Assembly: GCF_000485595.1 (NCBI RefSeq)
Contig: NW_014577083.1
Coordinates: forward strand, 854,976 to 914,211
DNA from: Priapulus caudatus
Taxonomy: Eukaryota
DNA: 59,236 bases
Direction: 5' to 3'
Shown piece by piece: positions 51,263-59,236 of the stretch. Made by a program: the position numbers and the translations under genes. Below the pieces are notes generated by a model. It did no database searches and was not told where the DNA came from. It saw only the letters and a program-made list of their open reading frames with translations. How positions within the stretch are numbered: position 1 is the first letter of the stretch; each line of letters opens with the position of its first letter.

Positions 51263-54200
51263 CGTGTGTCCCTCAGGATGTTGGCGATCATGAACCCGGC
51301 TCCGCTGCTTCGCACCGGCACTGGCTGGATGACCGACTGCCGCATCGGTGGCGACACCTGCTGCGTCGGCGAGCCTCGCTGCGGCGGCGATGCCTGCCCC
51401 CTGGTGGGCGACGCCTGGTGCCGCATCGGCGCCATCTGGCCTCCCGGATGCGGGCCGTGGGGATAGCCGTACGCCGCCTGCGGGTACTGGTGCGCGTGCG
51501 CCTGAAGGTAGGAGGGGCTTGCACGCTGGAATTGCGCCTCCCCGCCCGCAGCGCCGCCGCCGCCGCCGTGCTGATACGGAGGAGCGGTCGGTCGTGGCGA
51601 ATAGTGCGACGCGTTCGGATATGGCGGCGTGCTCGCGCCGTGATACGGTGGCGCGCCCTGCTGGTACGGTGAGCCGGCGTGCGACACTTGGTACGGTGGC
51701 ACACCGGCGTGCGCGAAGTGCCCGTGGGGGGCAGGGCCTCTCTGCTGGAACATCGGACCAGGGTAGTATCTAGCGCCGCCGTTGAATGCACCGCTGGGAC
51801 CCAGCGGGACGCCGGCCACCTCAGAACCCATGCCAACGTGCTGGAAGGCGTTACCGTCTTCTTTCGACGGGTACATGGAAGGGTGTTCGGCCCGCGTATA
51901 CGCTTGAGATGGGAACCCGCTCTCTCGTCCGAGCTGCGGCGGTGGACCCTCGTGTTGGAAAACGTGCTCTATGTGAGCTTGAAGTCTATCCAAGCTACTG
52001 CCTGGAGGCCCCTGTGGATTTGCGCCAATCTTCTCGCCTCTCGGCAACATTTCTCGCGCTCCTGCTTCCATGTTCGTTCCGGGTACACCGAGATTTTCTC
52101 CCCTTGCGCCCAGTTCATCCCCACTCTGTAAGTCACTTCCGACACTGTCACGCCTCTCGTTATCATCGAGATCCTTTGCGATTCGAGTTTCGTCTCGCGA
52201 TGGTTCCCGGCTCTCTTCTCTGCTCTGAACATCCATTCGTCCATCTCTGACTGCTGCCTCGTAGTCAGCGCCCCCAGACTTGCCCTGTAACTCATTCTCT
52301 ATCCATCTAGGTTCTAGAGCTGCGTTTCTAGAAGCTCCCAATGGTGCATTCATACTGCCCTCACTTACGTCGTTTCCGCTATCAGCTGCAGCTGCAGCAG
52401 CAGCCTTAGAAGCACCTCGCTTCCTCGGCGGTCTTTGCCGCTTAGCTTTTCCTGCCTTAGTAACGCGTTTACACGGGACATGTGCTCCGTCTGGCATGTC
52501 GTTAGGTGGTTCCAACGCGCTCAAGGTTTTATCACGTGTGTGTTCATCTGGCTCCTGTTGGCTACCGCTGTGCCGACTGATATCCTCCGGTTCTCTGCTA
52601 GGCAATTCATGCAACACTGGGTTCTTCTCTGTGTCTGGTAGTCTCTCATCTTTCCCATCTTGACTGTTGGGGATTAGGGCAGATTCTTTGCATTGGTCCT
52701 CCTTCATGCCTCCACTGCAGGTATTACTAGCCACTGGTTGGCTGACCTGTGGGCTTACAATGTCCTGGTCACTGACAGCTTCCTTGTTATCTTCCCCACT
52801 CTGGTCAGCTTCTGTTTTGGTATCTTGTGTCACGTCAGGGGTAGGGGAAGTTGGCAGGACGCCGCGTTTTTTCGCTGCTCTTGATTGTTGGGCTCTTGTT
52901 TTAGTTGGCATTGGTTGGGCCGTCACATCATTGCCCTCCTTGCGAATTTTGCCTGCTTTACCCGCTTTCACGGTTTCCACTTTTGTACTTTCCGGCTCCT
53001 TCAAAGGAAACGTTTCAGAACGTTTCCTCTGCTCATCTAGTTCCACGGGCGTAGATTCGACTGCAGTTACACTATTGATGCCAACTGTTGCGAGACCAGT
53101 TTTACAATCAACTTCCTTTTGCACAGTTTCTGCATTCTCTGTTTCTGCTTTATTGCCCTTTTGCCTTTGCTCACTGACTGTATTAGCTTCTGCACCAGAT
53201 TCCGATTGAATTTCGGACCTTTGACTCGGAACAGACTTGCATGGTATTGTGGCATCACTGTCATGTACAGCAATAGCAGCTTGAACCTCTCTACCTTCCA
53301 CTTCCTCTTCAGATTTTTGGGATCCTACATTGGGTGGATTAATTTTCGTGCCTTCTTTTGCCATGGCTGACGTCTTCGCTGGTGTCAGCTGTTGTGTTTT
53401 GTTTTTACTAGACAGAGGCTTGTTCCCTTCATCCTCTTCCTTATCCTCCTCATCACCATCACTATTCTCATCCTCCTCCTCCTCTTCCTCCTCCTCATCA
53501 TCGTCTTCATCACCATCATCATCATCATCATCAGCCTCGCTTGACTGATTGCTTTCCTCGTCTTCATATTTTGACTCCGTCTCGGCCTTTTTCGATGGTT
53601 TTCTTTGTGCATCTTTCCGCGAGGTACCTCGCTTAGCAGTTGCTTTGACTTTCGCGTCTTTCTTAGGCGTCGGTGGATCTTCCTCTCCAGAGTCATCTGA
53701 ATCCTCCTCCGTCTCGGAATGTGAAACCCTGGAGGTCTTCGTAGTCTTTGACTTAGAGCTACGAGATTGACTGCAAGGATCCTCATCGTTTTCATCGCTA
53801 GATTCGATGACGTGATGACCGCTTGCCCTTCTCGTCGACCGTTTCGCGTTCACAGCTCGTACTTTCGACTTGCCCTTCGAATCCTTTCCATCGTCGACGT
53901 CAGAGTCATCGTCACTCTCGGAACCGATCACTTTACGATAGTTCTTTCGTTTGCACGCACTACTGGGGCCCGACTTATTGCCACTCTCGTCTGAATCGCT
54001 CTCAAGCTTCCGTTTAGAGCTTGCGGCGTGTCCACCATTGCTGTGGTTCTCAACGTCGTCATCATCATCATCATCATCATCATCAGAAGCCTGCGGGACC
54101 ACGATGCGTTTACGCTTACCGCTGCTTATCTTCTGTCGCTTCACTCCCCTCGCGCCCACTCTGTCGCTGTTGGACCCGGAGCCAGACCAGCTACCGCTCT

Positions 54201-54359
54201 CTGTGTCTCGCTGCTTCCCTGTCATGCGCCGGTGAACGGGTAGGCTTGCACTGGAGCTGGTGTCGGAGTCTTCCTTGTAGCGCACATTCTTCGTGACCTT
54301 CCTACGCCGCACCGTGGTGTAGTCATCAGACGATGCCTCACTGTCCTCGTCGTCAACAA
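51202..54359 (-). CDS. RSF1: RSF1-like terminal exon (~1050 aa, acidic/basic low-complexity with a P/Q/G/Y-rich end)
   Basis: Open frame 51202-54414. Acceptor tttcag at 54360 is phase-compatible with the upstream exon. Confidence 0.85.
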
Positions 54360-54726
54360 CTGAAACAAGAGCAGCGTCTGACTCAGTCACACTCCATTTG
54401 ATATCACGCTGCAACTCGCACTGATTCGTGCTTGTGAATTACATGCGGTGTGTGTCCATATATATTTAGCCAAAACCATGTGGATAACCCGTTAACCTTT
54501 TCTGATAGCAGAACCTATGAGTTTCAGGGAATCACTTCATAGTAAAAGCTAACTTTGATAAAAGTAAATATTTATTGAATCAACGAGTACATCCGTAAAC
54601 TACTGTACTGCACTGTACTGTACTGTAACTTACTGCACTGAATGCACTGCACAGAGATGTATGTGATACTCCCTATGAATGTCAGTTTACTCTACAACTC
54701 TAATATACTCCATCTCGTCAGCTTAC

Positions 54727-54893
54727 CCCAGTCACCCTTGTAGCGATAGAAGCCCTTCTTCCGCTTGCCCTTAGCAGATCGCGTGCTGCGACGTGAAGGC
54801 TTCGGGCACCGCCGGCGACGCCGCCATGCCCAGCTGTCGTCGCTCGCTTCCGACATCGAAGGAGACTCCTCGGATTTCTCACTCGACTCCTCG
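54727..54893 (-). CDS. RSF1: RSF1-like exon
   Basis: (S)EESSEKSEESPSMSEASDDSWAWRRRRRCPKPSRRSTRSAKGKRKKGFYRYKGDW; AG/GTAAG-bounded, phases fit. Confidence 0.8.
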
Positions 54894-55299
54894 CTACAGC
54901 AGTCAAAACAAGAGACCAGTGTTAGAACTACAGGCTGTCATTCCACTGGATTAGCATCCATGGCTTCAGCAAAGATGGCATACGTCATGTGAGTAATGAA
55001 CGAATCTTCACTACTGTAATCCACGTAACAGAAACGTGAATTACTCAATAGAGGTCGTTGTCAACTGAATTCTGCTTCCTCCCAATACCCACTTGAACTA
55101 TGCAAAGAGAGCACGCTACAAAATTCTTTACTCTACCCGTAATCAGTGTGTGATAGGAAACACACTAGTTCAAATATGTCACAGTGTCACAGAGCCAGAA
55201 CACTCTGCAACTGAACACGCTGCAACACCAAGCGATGTCTTTGTGAATTATCTGCCGTCAACATTGCGTGACGAGCGACAACTCTTGACCATGACAAAC

Positions 55300-55462
55300 C
55301 TTGTGACCTTGAACTCCTCATCCTCTGCATCCTCCTCGGTCTCGCTGCTCGCATCTAGGTTCGTTAGCCGTCGGTGGCGCCCCTTGCGGGCGACCACCGG
55401 AGGAAGCTCGTCTTCTGGAGGGAGGCCTGTGATGTTGGTCATGTCCTTGCCACGGTTTCTCC
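55300..55462 (-). CDS. RSF1: RSF1-like exon
   Basis: GRNRGKDMTNITG...RKGRHRRLTNLDASSETEEDAEDEEFKVT resembles RSF1 RGKDI..I.G...RRLNDLD...EF. Confidence 0.88.
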
Positions 55463-56090
55463 CTGAAAAGGTTAATTATAATGTGTCAGAGTTTAAAGCT
55501 GTCAGAGTTAAGAGTTGGGGTCCGTTGTCAGAAACACAATTAGTATTAATATCGGGTTTAACGTTGACTTTTTCTCGTCGACTATCAACAGAATTTTCTT
55601 TTGTAAAGTTGTGAGGAAATTTGGTAAGATTTTTCGTTCTCGCAACTCTAGGATGTTTCTCTAAAAGAACAAGTTAATGTTAAGACTAACATTAAGAGTA
55701 ATTCAGTTGGTGCTACAGTAACTATACTAATGCCTCCTATTTATACCTGAGCTGTGAGAATATGGTAGAAAGGATCATATATCAAGAATAAAGTTATTAC
55801 TATATCTTTCGTGCGTTATTAAATGCTTAAAACGACATGAAACTCAACTGGTCTAATGTTTATTAAATGACTTTAAGTGATGAGACTCAACTTCAAAATG
55901 ACCTCCCAAATCCATAATTATTGCACCGCTTAGGCAAACAGTTTCACTTTGTCTTGAAAAAGGCTTTGGGTTGGATCATTTAAAAGGTTAACTTGCTGTC
56001 CATCTAAGACCGTTTTGTAAACTCAAACAATTATCAATCAAAAGACAATTATTTTTAAAAATCAACACTGGTTATATTCTGTTACTATAC

Positions 56091-56206
56091 CTGGAGGAAT
56101 AACTCTCTCTTCCTTGATATCATCCTTCACCGCATCCTCAATGAGCTCATCAAACTCCTCAAACTTATAGCTGATCTCCTGCCGAGTTCGTCTCGACCGT
56201 CGCAAC
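56091..56206 (-). CDS. RSF1: RSF1-like exon
   Basis: LRRSRRTRQEISYKFEEFDELIEDAVKDDIKEERVIPP resembles RSF1 ISYRFDEFDEAI.EAI.DDIKE. Confidence 0.9.
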
Positions 56207-56398
56207 CTGTTATTAAACCACAGAGAGATCATATAAACTTGTGTTGAAATCAACATAGTTGCATTGATAAATCTATGACCGAGAGGTAAAATAGTTGCCA
56301 TATGTGACAAAATAGGGTTGACCTATAATGTCATCTCACCTCTAACAAATGTAAGAAACCGAGGAATTAATAATTATCAAATCTTATTCAATCGATAC

Positions 56399-56553
56399 CA
56401 TTCCGTGTCTTCATCAGAGTCCTCCTCGTCATCATCTTCTTCCTCGTCCTCCCCATCCTCCTCCTGGTCTTCATCTTCTTCGTTCTCCTTGTTCTCATCG
56501 TCATCCTCATCGGAATCCATTACACGCTGTCTCTTGTGCTTTCTCTTCTTCTC
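56399..56553 (-). CDS. RSF1: RSF1-like acidic exon
   Basis: EKKRKHKRQRVMDSDEDDDENKENEEDEDQEEDGEDEEEDDDEEDSDEDTE(W); phases fit both neighbours. Confidence 0.8.
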
Positions 56554-56721
56554 CTGTTCAATAGCCAGCCAACAATAATTAGTTTAATTCAGCTGTTTGA
56601 TCCCATCAGTACAACTGGTTCATCTTCATGCATCTACCAGATCATGGTATAATAAGTACTGCAAACACATCTTATTTAACGAAATACTATAAACTGAAAT
56701 ACTATGATATATATATATGTA

Positions 56722-56763
<42 letters not shown>

Positions 56764-56963
56764 CGTGTGTGCGTGTGTGTGAGTATGCCAATAATTATTT
56801 GCACAAGGTATTGAGTTACTTATCAATTATATTGAACCGTAAAAAAAATCAAAACACCAAACAAAAACCAAAAACCAAATCACTGACACAACTAAAAAAA
56901 TACTGAAAGCTAGACACATCTTCTATATAATTATATAATTAACATCAGTGAAATTATACTAAC

Positions 56964-57089
56964 CAATACATTAGATAAGCTGACGTTGACAAAGTCCAGT
57001 CTATCCTGTCTCTTCTGAAGCCTGTCTTGCTCCTTCAACTCATTGTCCAGGTCCAGCAGCTGCTCCTGTAGTTTCTCTAGCAGCATTTT
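56964..57089 (-). CDS. RSF1: RSF1-like post-PHD coiled-coil exon
   Basis: KMLLEKLQEQLLDLDNELKEQDRLQKRQDRLDFVNVSLSNVL resembles RSF1 KLLCEKLEEQLQDLD...RKERL..V.IS..N. Confidence 0.9.
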
Positions 57090-57304
57090 CTGTGGTGATG
57101 CATTATCTACTGTTAGCTTATACAAATGCATGTTCCCACATGTAACACTAACCACATTAAAGTTTGCAATAGTAACATTATATCTATGAAATTACCCAAC
57201 TGACGAGTTACAAACAAGACAAACCGAATTCGAACCAATTTGAAGGGAATTTACTGTAGAATTAAAGCGACTGCTCACGTCAATCTGTTGTACTGCCTAC
57301 TCAC

Positions 57305-57486
57305 GTGTTCACAGGGAGGGCAGTACCAGTTGCCATCCGGTACATCCATGAGTGGTGGTCGTAGACAGGCGGTGTGGTAGCCCGCATCACAACTGTCGCA
57401 CAGCAGAATCCATTCCGGATGATCACCCTCGTGGCAGCGGGTGCACGGCTTGTCGTCCTCAGCTTCACCGTCACTCTCTCCATCAT
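57305..57486 (-). CDS. RSF1: RSF1-like PHD finger exon
   Basis: DDKPCTRCHEGDHPEWILLCDSCDAGYHTACLRPPLMDVPDGNWYCPPCEH is a C4HC3 PHD of RSF1 type. Confidence 0.95.
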
Positions 57487-57830
57487 CTGTCAGGTGAGGT
57501 ACACGTATACGTATTTAAGCAGATGATTTTACCTTGACGAATTACGATCGAATTAAATCCCACCCCGAGCTAGACATGTGAAAAGACGCACACATCTCTG
57601 ATGTTCATTATTGTTTTCACACTCTCGACTCTCTCACGACCTACCAAGCAGCAGCACACTGTGCCATAATCTCTATAGGCTAAGCTACTACTACAGCTAG
57701 CATGGGGGCCATTGCAGGGGGGGCTTACAAAATAATTTTGTAATGATTAAATGTTTAGTATCATATTGTGTGATTCATTCAGCAATAAAACATAGCAACA
57801 CACTCAGTCTACAGTGAATTTTGCAAATAC

Positions 57831-57984
57831 CTCTAGTTTTCTTCACGGTCCTTGCACGTTGCTTTGGTGCTACGACTTCTCCCTCCTCATCTTCGCTTTC
57901 CATGTCCGAGTCTAGTTGTTTTCTACGATGGGACTTTGACACGGTGGGAACGAATTCATCATCTGAATCCTCCTTGTTCTTTCT
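57831..57984 (-). CDS. RSF1: RSF1-like exon
   Basis: RKNKEDSDDEFVPTVSKSHRRKQLDSDMESEDEEGEVVAPKQRARTVKKTR; splice phases fit. Confidence 0.8.
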
Positions 57985-58249
57985 CTGCACATACAGATAC
58001 CGATTACATAACCAGCAAACATGACATCACATTTCTGATCTTGCTACAACATGCAATATCAATTTCAGATGAAGTAAATGTTGGTCATAATCACAGTTCC
58101 CATATGCTAGAAACTATATATGGATGTACATGTACCCAAAATAAAGCAATCTTAATACTACCACCACGGTTTTGACGCAACTGAATTCGTTGTTTCAGTC
58201 CCTCCTTCCCATCCACAGGTTCAACAGTGCCAAAGCTTTCAGCAAATAC

Positions 58250-59236
58250 CTTATTGTTCTTCTTTGGTTCCTCATCGCTGAGTTCATCACTGTCGAGAAT
58301 CTGCTCAACTACGGGAGGTGGGGGCGGCTGCCGCCGTGGCCTCAAACTCCTCCTTATGGGAGTGTCTACCAATTCTGGAGGCATCAGAAAGTCGGTTTTC
58401 TTCTTCCTACCCTTTTTCACAAGTGTACCGGCAGGTTTGGCTTTACCGGCAGTCTTCTTTTCATCCACGTTGTCACCATTTGCATCACCTTTGCTGTTTT
58501 TGTCCACATTTTTGTTATCATCCTTGATCTCATCACGAGCTGATTCACTTTTATCACCAGATTCAACATTTTTGTTATTTTCATCATGTTCTTTGTCACC
58601 TTTGTCACTCTTCTTGAGATCTTTTTCAATGTTATCAATGCCCTTGTCTTTTTCTTTGACACATTTTTCACTTTCATCAACAATTTTGTCACACTTTTCA
58701 ACATCTTTGTCACTCTTCTTGAGATCTTTTTCAATGTATCAATGCCCTTGTTTTTTTCTTTGACACATTTTTCACTTTCATCCACAATTTTGTCACACTT
58801 TTCAACATCTTTGTCACTCTTCTTGAGATCTTTTTCAATGTATCAATGCCCTTGTTTTTTTCTTTGACACATTTTTCACTTTCATCAACAATTTTGTCAC
58901 ACTTTTCAACATCTTTGTCACTCTTATCAAATGTTTCATCATGGTTCACATCACCTTTGTCACGCTTGTCAACAGTTTCATCAGCTTTGTCACTCTTGTC
59001 AACAGTTTCATCACCTTTGTCACTCTTGTCAACAGTTTCGTCATGTTTCACAACATCATTTTCACCTTTATCAATATCTTTGTCACTCTTCTTGTCATCT
59101 TTGTCACTCTCATCAACACTTTTGTCACGTTTAACATCTTTGTCACTCTTATCAAATGTTTCATCATGGTTCACATCACCTTTGTCATGCTTGTCAACAG
59201 TTTCATCAGCTTTGTCCCTCTTGTCAACAGTTTCAT
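58250..59236 (-). CDS. RSF1: RSF1-like large central exon (partial, runs off the window), D/K/E-rich tandem repeats
   Basis: DETVDKSDK-type repeats, then ...IRRSLRPRRQPPPPPVVEQILDSDELSDEEPKKNNK|gtattt. The donor position is inferred from phase, and there are two apparent frameshifts in repeat copies. Confidence 0.7.

Noticed and set aside
50908..54296. Multiple + strand ORFs overlapping the RSF1-like exon
   Set aside because: Antisense shadows of a GC-rich, low-complexity coding exon.

Overview
This is a repeat-rich, intron-containing animal (invertebrate-type) genomic window from a draft assembly. It has four 25-N gaps, long error-laden stretches and several apparently falsely duplicated blocks. 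Three host genes can be read. (1) On the + strand is an ~11-exon membrane-type matrix metalloproteinase with a cysteine switch PRCGVAD, furin site RKKR, HExxHxxGxxH zinc site, four hemopexin blades and a GPI-like tail; its 3' half appears two to three times and partly out of order. (2) On the - strand is a cornichon homolog 4 (CNIH4) with four exons found, exon 1 not found, and a U12-type branch point. (3) On the - strand is the 3' part of an RSF1-like PHD chromatin-remodelling subunit. Mobile DNA includes a full-length Ty3/Gypsy element (34108-39664) with ~130-bp LTRs whose PBS is complementary to its own LTR (a self-priming signature), assembled next to its empty allele. There is also a CAGGAG-ended foldback transposon with 7-bp TSDs plus several tiny palindromic stubs of the same family (candidate P-type excision footprints), a Helentron-type element, nested MITEs and several minisatellites. 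Gene and family calls are from motif recognition by eye; no database search was run.
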